Shown: positions 39,210 to 53,352 of the stretch, piece after piece
Position numbering within the stretch: position 1 is the stretch's first letter
Layout of the letters: every line of letters begins with the position of its first letter
DNA from: the human T2T-CHM13v2.0 reference genome, Homo sapiens
Strand: one strand, 5' to 3'
Assembly (NCBI RefSeq): GCF_009914755.1
Contig: NC_060932.1
DNA: 64,000 bases
Position numbers and translations under genes: made by a program
Notes under the pieces: generated by a model
Databases searched by the model: none
What the model was told of the DNA's origin: nothing
Seen by the model: only the letters and a program-made list of their open reading frames with translations

Positions 39210-39214
39210 AACAG

Positions 39215-39370
39215 GATCAGTCTCTTTCAGCTTGCCTCTCTGTTTCCCAGTTTCCTCTTCTTCAAAAACAGGGATACGAGTAGTACCTACCTCAAGGAGT
39301 GGTTGTAAAGCATAAATAAATGAATGCCTGTAAAGCTCTTTGAGTATCGCCTGATACATGTTAAGCTATC
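39215..39370 (+). mobile_element. MIR
   Basis: cagtttcctcttcttcaaaaacaggga...gtacctacctcaaggagtggttgtaaag. Confidence 0.65.
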
Positions 39371-39754
39371 AAGCCGCACAGGCCCCCACCTGTTACCAGA
39401 TGCAACCTTCTTCCCTTTCTTTGTAGACTCTTCCTCCAGGTGAAACTCGGAAGGAGCAGGTATATGTCTTCCCTACTTGTTAAACTGCCTCCTATTGTGT
39501 GTACTTGGCTGCACGATGTATTGGGCACAGCTGTGTATGTGCTTTGTGACTCCTGTCTTAATGACTTCACCAGTAACTGATTGCAAACACAGAACCACAA
39601 GAATGCCTGATTTATACCTCTTTGTTTGAAATCAAAGAAGGATTCTGGCTGAGCAAAGTTTCCAGATCACTGAAGCTTATAATTCTAAGCACAGTCTCCT
39701 ATTGCTCTGACCATTGTTGGTAACTCCATCATAACTGTGACCATCCTGTTGGTG

Positions 39755-39975
39755 GCAGCTATGGTGTAGTGGAAATGGCACTGGGCCCAAAGCCAAAAGA
39801 CTTGTGGTGAGTCCCTCTGCATCTTAGCATTGGCACATCCTTAAATCTCTCTAGACCTCACTTTCATTTATAAAACTATGGCGTGCCCATCAATCTCACA
39901 CTTGTTGATGAATTCAAGGGTGTAACGCCTGCGAACGGGCTTCAGAAACTCTGAAGTGCTTAGTACATGTTGAAT
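39755..39975 (+). mobile_element. MIR
   Basis: ggcagctatggtgtagtggaaatggcactggg 5' end and MIR core. Confidence 0.6.
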
Positions 39976-40312
39976 GTCAACTTAGAGATGTCCTCAGGGA
40001 TTGTTGAGCCTAGAAGAGCCATTTGCCCTGATACAAAATAAACCCCGCCCTGCTGTGCTAAGAAGTAGCTTCTCCCAACTTTTCCATTGCTGTTAGCTTT
40101 TCTAGTAGTGTGTCTTCCACTCCTAACCCTGTTGCCCTGACAGTCGGCTCTTGGCATCTAGCACCACTGCTTCTAGTCTGTCACACCCTGTTCACCTACA
40201 CAACTAAGGAAATGAGTGCCTAACTCATTAAACAGTAACCATGATGCTTTCCCTGCAAAGTCAGAGAAATCGGGCACTCCTAGAGCTAAGCTGGGTCCTG
40301 GAAAACATCTAG

Positions 40313-40621
<309 letters not shown>

Positions 40622-41034
40622 AATCTAGTTCAATTCTTTAAGATGAGGAGTTGGAAGAAGAAATGACTTATCTAAGATTAAACAGGCAGCAGAGCTAGAA
40701 CTAGAATTTTAATCTCTTGATTTTCAACCCAAGCAGTCCTTCTCCTCTGGTCTGAGAGAGGCTGTGTGGTAAAGGCCAAGGACCTTGTTCTTTCTGTTGC
40801 TTTCATATTTACATCCAGGTTTGCAATCAAGATTCACATGGCTATGACTATGCAACACCAGGAATAGTGAGGCCAGAAACTTCTCAAGCAGCCAAAAGAA
40901 GGCTGAGCTAAACTCTGAGGATGAATTCATCTAGCTTAGGGAGTCCTGACCAAAAATAGATTCTGAACTATTCAAATCTGAGTTCTGTATCCATCCCATG
41001 CATAATGGTTACATGCAAAAGTCCCTGCCTAGAC

Positions 41035-41087
41035 TATATATATATATGTGTGTGTGTGTGTGTTTGTGTGTGTGTGCGTGTGTGTAT
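41035..41087. repeat. (TA)n(TG)n microsatellite
   Basis: Direct reading. Confidence 0.9.
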
Positions 41088-41746
41088 ACCCAAGTTTAAG
41101 TCCTTTTAAGAGAACAGGACTTCGTACTAATAGTTGTCCTGTTCATGTTAGGAGGCAAAAGTTCTTGAGTAGTGTCAGCAAAGAGGGGAAACCTCAATGC
41201 CTCAGAAGGCCAAGCGTCCTTGCAGGATTGAAAAGGAGAAGACAGAAAGCTGGATTGCTCAAGTTCAAAGCAGAGGATACACCAGGGCTGAGTCAGGGAA
41301 CAGGCGCAATGGCAACACTGCTCCTGCTTGTGCTTGCAGACAGGCTCTGAGTCACATTCTTCTGCACCCATCCTCCAGGGATATGTGGCCAGCTCCCCTT
41401 CCTAGAGGGAAAGGCAGAGAACTTGACTAACCTACCCTAACAGTAACCCCATGACCTCACTGACCCTGCCCAACAGGCCAGAGACATGATCCCAAAGTAC
41501 TGGTAAGTGAGCACATGATTAGGATGATCAAGATTGTCCTGGTTTTAACAGTGAAAATCAGGCATCCTAAGAAAGCCCTCAGTTCCTAATCTGAACTTCT
41601 CTCTTCTTACCTGTTAAATGGGCATAACCCACAGAGCTGACTTTCTCACTGGATTGCTGAGATAAACAGGTAAGGTAAGATATTTGATTATAAGCCCTTT
41701 ATTTTCTACTTATATTCTACTGTGAAGTGGAAATGAGACCACAAGC

Positions 41747-41910
41747 AGAGGAAGGAAGGGAGGGAAGGACAGAGGGAGGGAGGGAGGAAGGAAGGGAGGG
41801 AGGAAGGAAGGAAGGAAGGAAAAGAAAGGAAAGGAAGGGAGGGAAGGAGGGAAGGGGAAGAAGAACAGGGAATAGAAGGAAGAAGATATAGACAGAGAAG
41901 AAAGAGAAAA
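41747..41910. repeat. Polypurine (GGAA/GGGA)n tract
   Basis: ~160 bp that is almost entirely A/G on the + strand. Confidence 0.9.
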
Positions 41911-41959
41911 TGTTGGAAGGGAACAGCCCAATGCAGTGAAAAGGGAGGCCTAAGTGACA

Positions 41960-42310
41960 GACAGAGCACCTTTAGAGCCCACCCCTCTCTCCCCTCCATC
42001 TCTTCAAAACCTATGCAGCCTTCAAAGGCCCAGTCTGAGCTAGCCTCCTCCTCCAAGAAGCCCTCCCTGACCACCGTGCCACAAAGGTCTCTTTCTCTCC
42101 TTTGGACTCCTGGATAATGTAGGGTCTATGACATGCCATCAGCTCTGAGTCAACTACTTTTCTTTTACTGTAGGTATTTTACATATAAATGTCACTTCTC
42201 CCCTTCTAGTTCATACATAACTTGCTATTCCTATCATTCCTGTAGTGCCTTGCTCAGGGAGGGTATTTAGAGGGTCTTATAAATATTTCTAGTTGTCTGA
42301 ATGAGTAAAT
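41960..42310 (+). mobile_element. L2 3' end
   Basis: ccttcaaaggcccagtct...cctcctcctccaagaagccctccctgacc...aaatatttctagttgtctgaatgagt. Confidence 0.6.
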
Positions 42311-42574
42311 GGGGAAAAAATAAGTGGGCTTTGTACAGGAAAGAAATACAAGTGATCTTTAATTCCCTCTGAAGCATGCCTGCAATTGGGTGTTGCCTAC
42401 CTGGCTTCACAAAGAGGAGATGAGATGTACCAGGTCTGGGGTTCTGGAAACTTGGGATCTAGCCAAGCTCCTCCACTTCCCCAGCTCGGTGACTTTGGTC
42501 AGGCCATGTCCTCCCCTTCCCTGAGACCTCAATTCTCTCCCCTGTAAAATATCAGAGGTGACTCGATCCTCACT

Positions 42575-42725
42575 TCTCCATGTGTGGTCTGTGGACCGGC
42601 AGCATCATCCAGCTGGGTGCACTTTAGAAATGACAACCATAAGCTCCACCCCACACCTGCCAATCAGGAGCTGCACATGGCCCCCAAGTGGCTCATAGGT
42701 TCCTCGTAGCTTGAGGAGCACTGAG
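42575..42725. mobile_element. MER5A/B (hAT-Charlie)
   Basis: tgtggtctgtggaccggcagcatca...ttagaaatg...ttgaggagcactg. Confidence 0.65.
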
Positions 42726-43834
42726 TTCTCTGATGGCTCTGCATGCACCATTTTCCAGCCTCTTCTTGTCCCATCCTCAAGGACAGGCACAAGAGCCCCC
42801 AGAGACCCTGCAGGGACTCATGAGCTGCCTGGACTTCCCAGACCTTTCAGGGCAGTAGATCCGTTATCTGAAGCCTTTCTCTTGCCTCTCCTGATGGGGG
42901 TGAGGTCGCTACTCACAGGAAGTTTTCAGGATGAGAAAAGAGAAATTATTTCCCTCTACCATGAAGAAAGCCATTACCAAAGCATTCAGCTAAGAAGGAA
43001 GAGGAGTTGACCAGTGCACAAACCTGATAAGCATCTCCTCGCTTCTCAGACTTTTTCCACTCCTTACACACAACTCTTAATCTAGGAAAATGACTCGGCT
43101 TTCAAGTGTGTTTAATCATCTCCCTGGGACCTTGCTAGGGAGTGCATGGGTGGGACGCCTTCGAAGGATTCAGAGTTCAGAGCCACTGGGACCTCAAAGG
43201 TTTCTCGAGCCCTGTTGGGTACCAGGCTGGAGTTGGAGCAGGGCCTCATGTGTTAATGAGAGGAGCAGGGCTGAGGCGTTAATGAGAGGAGAAACTCAGC
43301 AGCCAAACTCCTCACCGGCTGCCTTTTTGAAAGCCCCCAGGGAGAAAATCATAATAAAGCCTTCATCACCGCTGGGTTAGCACCTTCATGTTATGAGATG
43401 TTCCCAGATAACTGAAGTTCACCTTTGTAGATCCCAAATTCATTTCATTTTCACTGAGTAGACCTTTTCCTAAATAGGATGACACCATTTTCTGAAGCTG
43501 AATATAGAGTGCAAATTAATTTTGAGGGAGTTGTTCATGCACATCACCATGATGGAAGCCCCGTGAGGACAGGAAATTTTGTCTCTGCTCCCTGCTGTGT
43601 CCCCAGTGCCTAGAACAAAGGGCCTGCAAGATGCTCACTCAACCTAAGGGAAACATTTTGCTATGCCAGGCACGTCCAGCTCTGGAGATAGGGGGAGGAG
43701 TAGATGAAATTTCTCTCCTCCCAGGCAGAGCTCAAGGGCCAGACAGGGAATGTTGGAATGTCAGGTTCCAGCCACTGATAATTGTGAGTCCTGCTGACTT
43801 TGCAACCCAGGCTGCACCTACTCTAGGGAGGCTG

Positions 43835-44136
43835 TTTTTGTTTTTATTTTTTAGAGATAGGCTCTTGCTCTGTCACCCAGGCTAGAGTTTAGTGGTGTGA
43901 ACGTAGCTCACTGCAGCTTCTACCTCCTCGGCCAAAGCCACCCTCCTTCCTCAGCCTCCTGAGTAGCTGGGACTATGGTCGCATGCAACCATGCCTGGCT
44001 AATTTTATTCATTTTTTGTAGAGATGGGGTCTCACTGTGTTGCCCAGCCTGGTCTTGAACTCCTGGCCTCAAATAATACTCCTGCCTCTGCCTCCCAAAT
44101 TGCTGGAATTACAGGCATGAGCCACTGCACCCAGCC
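43835..44136 (-). mobile_element. AluJ
   Basis: Antisense dimer with tagctcactgcagc and ttgcccagcctggtcttgaactcctggcctcaa. Confidence 0.92.
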
Positions 44137-44185
44137 TGGAGGTTTTTAAGCCATGGTGTCAGTGTTTTTAAAACTAGCTTTCCTT

Positions 44186-44498
<313 letters not shown>

Positions 44499-45004
44499 TT
44501 AGGCTCTCAGTGGTCTCTTAAACTTGCATGGAATTATAAACAGGAGGGAAAGTTAGAACTCATTCTCAAGAAGAGAATGTGCTTGTGTCACAGGTGCCCC
44601 CGCCTGCAGTCTTTGCCATGGAAGTCAGCACCTCTCAGCCAGGACAAGCTACTCCCCCAGTAGCCTCTTCCCATCTCAGGCTGTCACTCCAATTGGAGGG
44701 CATTGGCCTAAGAAGCATTTCATAACCTTGATATAGTACAAGCCACACATTTCCAGAGCGAGGAAACTGAGCTCCAGAGATGAGCTGATTTCCTAAGGTC
44801 AAGCAGTTAGGGTAACCAAGAAGACCAGGTCTTCTTATGCTCAGCATGGGGCTCTCTGCTCCTATCAGCTGTGGGCCTCCTTCTCATGTTCTACCACACA
44901 CACACTTCTGATTTCCTACTAGCTGGAAGAAAAAATATAAACAGATAAATGAGCTTGTTAAAACTATTTCTAGAGTGAAAATACATAGGCACTCTTCCTA
45001 TTTG

Positions 45005-46026
45005 CTCAACATCATATGTCCTTAGGGAACGGCAAATTAAAACAAGATACCACTGCACATCTATTAGAATGGCTAAAATCCAAAACACTGACAACACCAA
45101 ATGCTGGGGAGGATATAGAGCAACAGGAACTCTCACTCATTGCTGGTGGGGACGCAAAATGGCAAAGCCACTTTAGAAGACAGTTTGGCAGTTTCCTACA
45201 AAACTAAATATACTCTTACCATATGATCCAGCAATCACGCTCCCTGGTATTTACTCAATTGAGTTGAAAACTTAGGTCTACGCAAAAACCTGGACGGGAA
45301 TGTTTATGACAGCTTTATTCATAATTGCCAAAACTTGGAAGCAACTAAGATGTCCTTCAGTAGGTGAATGGATAAACAGACTGCGGTAGATGCATACAAT
45401 GCCATACTATTTAGCAATATAAAGAAATGAACTGTCAAGCCAGGAAAAGACATGGAGAAACCTTAAATATGTATTACTATGTGCAAAAAGTCAGTTTGAA
45501 AAGGCTACATACTGTATGAATCAGACTATATGACTTCCTGGAAAAAAAAGACAAATTATAGAGACAGTAAAAAGATTAGTGGTTGCTGAGAGTTTGTGGG
45601 GAGGGGAGAAAGGGATGAATTGGTGGAGCACAGAGGATTTTTAAGACAATGAAATTATTCTATATAACACTGGAATGGTGGATACAGGATATATATATCC
45701 TATATAACACTGGAATGGTGGATACAGGATATATATATTCTATGTAACACTGGAATGGTGGATACAGGATAATTACACTGTGTAATTATACAACACAAAG
45801 ACTGTTCCCATACTATAATATAAACCATGGATTTCAGTTCATAACAATGTATCGATATTGCCTCATCGACTGTAACAAATGTGCCACACCCATGCAGGAT
45901 GTGAATAGGGGAAACTGAGTGAAGGGGAGAGGAAATATATGGGAACTCATTGTACTTTCTGATCAATTTGTCTTTAAACCTACAACTGCTCTAAAAAATT
46001 AAGACTCCTAATTAAAAAAAAAAAAC
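45005..46026 (+). mobile_element. L1MC1-like 3' fragment with poly(A)
   Basis: attagaatggctaaaatccaaaacactgacaacaccaaatgctgg...atatgggaactc...taaacctacaactgctctaaaa, then an A tail. Confidence 0.85.
45661..45771. repeat. 40-bp minisatellite, ~2.8 copies
   Basis: Unit TATATAACACTGGAATGGTGGATACAGGATATATATATCC. Confidence 0.95.
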
Positions 46027-46221
46027 AATCTATGCCTACAGTGAAAATACACAGGCACTGTTCTATTTGTAAAATGCATGAGCGTTAGTGTCTGAATCGG
46101 TGACACCCAACGGAGGAGCAGGGAGATTGGTCGTGCTGTCTAACATCACACAACAGGTCAGGATTCCAGCTATAACTTGAACACGCCTCTTAATTCTCAC
46201 ATTTGCAGAACTTACGCTAAG

Positions 46222-46306
46222 CCACCTTGATACAGAATCAAGAACCCTCAACCTGAGGTCATTCAGGCCTGGGTGCTGCCTCCAAAGGGCACCTTGAATG
46301 TCCCTT
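46222..46306 (+). repeat. 85-bp dispersed direct repeat, copy A
   Basis: 76/85 identical, ungapped, to 47558-47642. Confidence 0.92.
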
Positions 46307-46338
46307 CCACCACATTAGTCCCTTCCACCACATTAGTC
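46300..46338. repeat. Perfect 18-bp tandem duplication
   Basis: GTCCCTTCCACCACATTA x2 plus GTC. Confidence 0.95.
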
Positions 46339-47557
46339 AGCAGGACAGACTCCCTCGTTTCCCCAAGGAAGGTCTCTCAAGAGCTTGTAATTGACAGAAG
46401 CAACTCCTGATGCCTGATCTGGGTCCCTTCCTGCAGGGATTCTCGCCCTTGCTCTCCTCACTTGATCCTTACTGGAACTTTGATAAATAACTATGGGTTG
46501 TTCCACATCGAAACCCAACCTGCAGAGGAGGATTGGGAGCCAGACCTCCACGGCAGAAGCCGTCGCAGGCTGCGCTGCAGCCGCTGGGCTGACGGATCGA
46601 CAGCAGTCATGTGCAGGCACGAACATAAACGCCTCATCATCTCACTAAAGCCCTCTTTATTCACCCTGTATTTTTCCACACATTTCATTTCCCATCATGG
46701 CTGATTGCCTAAAGCATTCATGTGAAAATAGCAGATTTTTGCCTATGTTTGTTACTCCCCATCTCCTCCCAATAATGCAGTTTATTGGATTCTCAGAAAT
46801 GCCATAAACACTTGGCATGTCCAAGGTGAAGAAACAAAGAGAAAAAGAAATAAAATAGCAGTGATACTATCATGGAAAGGGGCTGGGGCCTGGCGTTGGC
46901 TGGGAGCACTGAAGTCAAAGGTATCATGACTTGCTAGAAGGTCCCTTGGTGATGACCTCATTTTATAAATAGGGAAACTGGGGCCCAGAGAGGTGAATTC
47001 CCCCCAAGGTTTGTATGTGGAGGATGATGACTGGTGGATGTTCCTGATGGGATTTCTTTCTCATCAGGCCCAAAAATGCATGAAGAAGAGTTCTGAACAA
47101 AGTGTCATGGAGTGGTAACAATAGCTCACTGATCTATTTTTTTCATTGGGATCTTTTTGCATCCTCTCTTCTGGCTTTTACCCACAGAGTAAAATCTCAT
47201 GGACCAGTAAGATGAGAGGTAGAATGTGAAGAAAAAGGGACAGGAATCAGCATATCTTGAGCTTCATGCCCAGCCACGGGCTAGAAACATTACATGTGTT
47301 AATTCAAGTTCCTGCAATCATCATATAAAAATCTTTCTAGAAAGAACTCCAGACTCGCAAAGCAGGAGACCCTAGGAAAGAGATATCATAGTAGACAATA
47401 TTGACTGAGGGCTTATTATTTCTAGGCACCAGTTAGGCACTTATTTGTTCATTTAAATCTCACACGGACCCCATGAGGCTGGTATATGGTCATTCTCCCA
47501 CTTGACAGATGAGAAAGCTGAGGCAGCTGGACATAGGACCTTTCTTAGGGTTTCAAA

Positions 47558-47642
47558 CCACCTTGATACTAAAGCAAGGACCCTCAACCTGAAGTCATTC
47601 AGGCCTCGGTGCTGCCTCCAAATGGCATCTTAAATGTCCCTT
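47558..47642 (+). repeat. 85-bp dispersed direct repeat, copy B
   Basis: Matches 46222-46306. Confidence 0.92.
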
Positions 47643-49717
47643 TATGGTTTCCATGAAGCCCCTGGTTGGGCTTCATTCCATAAGCCTTGCTCCAGGGCTG
47701 AGGTGCTGTGTGCCTCTCTCTCTCTAGAAATGTCCATTCACCTCCATCTGGGCAGTGGCACAGACCCCTTTCAGTGCCAGAACCCATATGAGTTATTTTG
47801 AAGGGTTTTTTTTAATACCTCATGTCATGTGATCCTCACCACACCCCTGCAAAGTGGGCAGAGCAAAGACAATGATCCCCATTTAACAAAGTGAAGAACC
47901 AAAGTTCAGAAAAGTGAAATGGAGAGTCCCAGATCTCACAGCTGGTAAGTGGCCAAGCACAGGTGTGTGCCCCAGTGGCTTAACTTCATGGCTGTTTATA
48001 CCATGCCACCATGACCCCAGACCCCCCTGTGCCCAGGAGAACACTCCGAGTCTATCAGCAACCCTACGGAGATGCCGAGTGGAAAGGTGATGGAAGACGG
48101 GGAAGGGGGTTATGACAAGCAGCCACTCCCACCTCCGATTTCATTTTTATTTTCTCAGCGTTTGTTTGAAGAGGACATTTCCTGGTTGACTTCACTGGGG
48201 CTGGTTTTGGGGGGACTTTGGAAGAAAGAAGCCCAACCATCCTCTCCCCAGGCTTCCCTTTCCTTTCTTTCTTCTCTCATCTTCTGGAGACCCCGCCTCT
48301 TTGCTTCCTTCACAGCCACACGGCTTTTAAACAACCCCTGTCAGCCTGATGTGTTGGTAATTTTGCAGTCTGGGTGACATTTAAATGCACGGTCCTGGAA
48401 GAAATCACATGGATTTGGATACACCAGAACACTAAATTTAACCAACCCAGAGGTCCCTGGGGGAGTCGGGGAGGAGGAAGGAGAAGGAAGAGTTCATCCT
48501 GGGAACCAGTTCTGCAAAACGCAGGTGCTGGGCCACCCCTGGCCTGCCCTTCTCTGCTATCAGGAAGTGGTAAACGGAGCTCCAATCAGCCCACATTCAC
48601 CTCGCACTATTGTCAGGTGGTTGCTCTGAAAGGCCCTAATCATTTCCCCTATTATCTGGTTTAATACAAAGCAGTGCAAAGCACTGTCAAAGCTGCATCT
48701 CTCTCAGCAGAGAACCCTGAGGTATGTTGATATGTGTGTGTGCAGACATGTGAATTCACACACACCACCCCCACACATACACACACTCACACAGGTTAAG
48801 AGGGGATGTGGCAAAGGGAGGGACACAGAACACAACCACCCCATCCCATCTCTAATCTTCCCTCTAGAATGCGAGTAGTGAGGAAGGTGCCTTGACTGTC
48901 AACCCCCCCAGCTCCCCAAACAGGCAGCTACTCTGAGACCCTGCGCTGAAAATGGATGACCAGTGTGTCCTCGTGCCAATTCAGGGAACATGTGTGGCTT
49001 AATCATGTTTGAATTCAGAATCACCAGGATTTTTCTCCTTGCCTCAGTTTCTCTTTTTGGCCATCAGATCTTAAGCAATGACACAGTAACTCAGGTTCAC
49101 TACTTTCCTCCATTCAAGGGTCTCTTGGAAATTAAGCAGAACCCTTTGAAAATAAAGAAAGGTTAGACCTGCCCATAAAATTTGGGAAAGTAAATAAATG
49201 ATCTACGAAAATGTCCTTTTCATGTGGAAATGCTAAAGCCCTTATAAAATGTCACACCCTGGGTGATGTTATTGCTCAATAAGATGCAAGGCAGGGGCCA
49301 GATGTAGCAGAGTGAAACAAATTATTGTCTTAACAGCTGGAACCAGGATGCCTCTTAGAGAAGGAACAGTCTTTGCTTAGAAAAATACTTCTTGAAAGAC
49401 ACGGTGTGATAGATGGATTGTAGTAGCACCCTCGGCGTTTCACGGCGGTTGCCTCCATGCCCTTGGGTAGTGCCTCCCACACTGACTCTGGGCTGAGCCA
49501 CACAACCTGCCCATGTGAAGGGGATGACAGCAAAGTTGATGCAAACAGAGGTCTGAAAAAGACGCTTGCATGTTTCCGCTCTCTTCAATCCTGCCCCACC
49601 CAGAACATAACTGGAGAGGTACAGGAGACCCCGGCAGAGGCTAGTACCCTTCTGGAGAGATATGGAAGACCCATGGCAGGAGGTGGGTCCTACCGCTCAA
49701 GGCCATCCCAGACCAGC

Positions 49718-50537
<820 letters not shown>

Positions 50538-51473
50538 CCAGGCACCCCCACAAACATCCACCAGTCAACAACCTGAGCATAAACAAGCCCAGCCAAGATC
50601 AGCTGAGTCTAGCCACAATCAGCAGGCCCATTCCACTGAAGCACAGACTCATCCAAAATAATAAATGACTATTGCTTAAGACACAGAATTTTGGCATGAT
50701 TTGTTACATGGCAACAGTCAGTTAACACACATGACCTGGGAGGGCACTGGCTAATAGGAATCAGGAAACTAAAGGGGTCACTAAGCTGCAAGGAACAAGA
50801 GTTAGGAATAGAAGAGGAGAAAGTAGAGAAGGAAAGAAGAGGGGAAGGTCTAGAGCAATGGCAGAAGGAATAAGCATTCACAATCGCTCATATGCAATGC
50901 TAATTGTTTGTGTTACTTAATATATCCATCCTTTATTCAGTGAAGTCTGCCTCATACATAAAGACCTTGTGGGTATGAGTGAAGGAGTGTGTTTATAAAT
51001 CATAGCAGGAGGATGAGTTCCACATCTGAGTCAACGCAGAATGCAACAGAGACAGTGAGAAGATCTGTAACTAATTTGGTGGCAGCACAAGCTCAGAAGT
51101 GAAAGGGTTCATGAAGACGTAAGTCCTTCTGGAGCTTACAGAGGAAAGCATCGGGCTCTCCCCAAAATATGGACCTCCATGGCATGGAGTTCATGTCAAC
51201 CTCTCCTAGACCTTAAAGGCTGGATGTTCCAGCTGACACCCAGGCCACGTGCGCAACGCACGCTCTTAGGACTCGTATTTTTGTGAGCTCCGTGCTAGGT
51301 AGCATGAGATTTAGGAAGTACCAGGCCTGCATTCTCACTTATCCTAGCTCATCCTCCCGATGAGTTCAAAAAGTCAGCAGCATTTATGAAGTATACACAT
51401 ACACATACTCACACACTCACACACTAAGTACACACATGCCTTTCCTAAGCTTTCTGGAAGTCTCCCAAACAAA

Positions 51474-51626
51474 AGGGAATTTATCATAAAACTAGTGAAA
51501 CTTAAGCTTCAGAGATCCTCACTACCCCTTCCAAGTCCAGTATCCAATTTCATATGCACAACGTATTTTTTTTTCCTTCAAAGATCATGCAAGTTTGAAG
51601 CTCCGTAAAGCCTGGATCCACCCCTT
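51474..51626. mobile_element. MER53 (hAT MITE)
   Basis: gaaacttaagcttcag...ccccttccaag...aagcctggatccacccct. Confidence 0.65.
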
Positions 51627-51929
51627 CTCTAAAAGGTCCAGTCAAACATCTGGCTCCCAAACCAAATTACTCTCACTTGGAACCACATGGTGGCACAGTG
51701 GGCTTGGCTTGGGAGGGGCACCCTGCCCTGCCCAGCCATCAGGAGCAGGGCACACAGACCCCTACCCCATGCCCCACATGTCTGCCAACATGTGAAGTCA
51801 TTCTCCATTTCCATCCACAAGACCTCTTAAACATCCCCATCCACAGGCGGGTGGAAGCAGATAGGGTCCTAGAACATTCAAAGATGCCGGAAAACCATGG
51901 GTCATGTTTCCTTTCCCTTTCCCTTCCTT

Positions 51930-52860
51930 TCCTACCCTCCTCTCTCCTTTCTTTTTACTACCCAATACCTTCTCTCGGGACCATCTCATTCACTCACGTG
52001 GCTTCAAGCATATCTTCCCACAGACACCTAAATCTCAACACATCCACAACTGAGGCATTTCTGCAAATATCTAAACATGCCCCTGAATCCCCTCTCCCAG
52101 AGAACACACAAGTCAGCACCAGGCACCCCGTCCACAGGCCTGGAGTGATACACTTCTTCCTCCATCCCCTGCCCCCACGTTCCACCAGTGACAAAGCTTT
52201 TCTGTTTTCTGTTCAAAGCACTCCTGCAGCCCATTCCCTCCAGTCCACTCTATGACCACCTCTGTTCAGGCCTCCATTGTGTCTCCCCTGGGCCATTGTC
52301 CCTAGATATGTCCCCCTGACTCCAGTGTCACCCTCTCCCTCAGTCATCCTCCACACTGAGCCAGGGGGCTTACCCTGAAATGAAATGTTACTCCATCCTA
52401 CTATAAGCAAAATTATTCAGCAGTCCTCCACCAACAACCAACATCCAAGCTCCTTTACTTGACATCAGAGGTCTTTCGTGACCCACGCCACCGTGACTAC
52501 ACCACCATCCCCTTCCCAGATGCTGGTATCTACAGCCTCTCATATCCCCCCTCACATCCCTCTGGCTCCCTGGCCTCCAAGCTATCTTGCTGTATACCTC
52601 CTCTTCTTGAGGGGCCCTGTGCCCCACCTCTATTTCCATTCCATCCATCAAGCAAACACTTGCCCATCCTTCAAGGCCCAACTCAAGCTCAGCCCCCTCT
52701 ATGCAGTCTTATCTGATGCCCATCCACACCTCCCTTCCCCAAGTGGACTAATCACTCCCTCCTTCGAGCTCCGGTTTTACCTAGTACCACTGTCATTATT
52801 GCATCTGGTATTCAATACGAGTTATGTAAATTACACATCTTCTGGGGTCACCTGAGTCCC
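51930..52860 (+). mobile_element. L2 fragment(s)
   Basis: cacagacacctaaatctcaacacatccacaactga...ttcaggcctccatt...catccttcaaggcccaactcaa. Confidence 0.7.
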
Positions 52861-53313
52861 TTTAAGATTGGCTTGGGCCCCAGTTCTTGGCCAGTGGAAA
52901 TCTCAAGCCCACTTTTGGATTTTTATGACTTCCTGGGAAGCTGCATTCTCCTAGTCACCAATGATTCTGGGCTTTTTACCTTTATTGCCCTAAGTGAAAG
53001 ACTGCATGTAAATAAATAAATATTCACACAAAGCACCGATGAGTATTGTGGATTATTCTTTAAACGTCTTTCAGTTATCCACACCTGGAACGTTTTATTA
53101 CATCTTCACCCCAGAATCTTCAACCCAAAGATTAACACTCATTCATTGGCTTCCATTTCTACCCTCTCCCCACCTTCTCCCTTTTCTTGTTCCCATCCCC
53201 CTCACACCCACCGAGATTTCCACCAAGAGCCCCAAATTCTTCACTTCTCATTGTGCAGATCACTTCCTCATCCTAGGTCTGACAGCCAAACTCACTGTAG
53301 AATCACATCAATA

Positions 53314-53314
<1 letters not shown>

Positions 53315-53350
<36 letters not shown>
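53315..53350 (+). repeat. Pure A36 homopolymer
   Basis: Direct reading. Confidence 0.95.

Positions 53351-53352
<2 letters not shown>

Noticed and set aside
45661-45771. CRISPR-like repeat array
   Set aside because: Contiguous tandem units without unique spacers, inside a mammalian L1, with no cas genes.
46222-47642. Miniature LTR element bounded by the 85-bp repeats
   Set aside because: No TG..CA termini, primer-binding site, polypurine tract or TSD; the interior contains older MIR fragments.
51677-52255. Longest ORF in the track (192 aa)
   Set aside because: Non-ATG start, more than half lies in decayed L2 sequence, low-complexity S/P/L/H composition, no domain.
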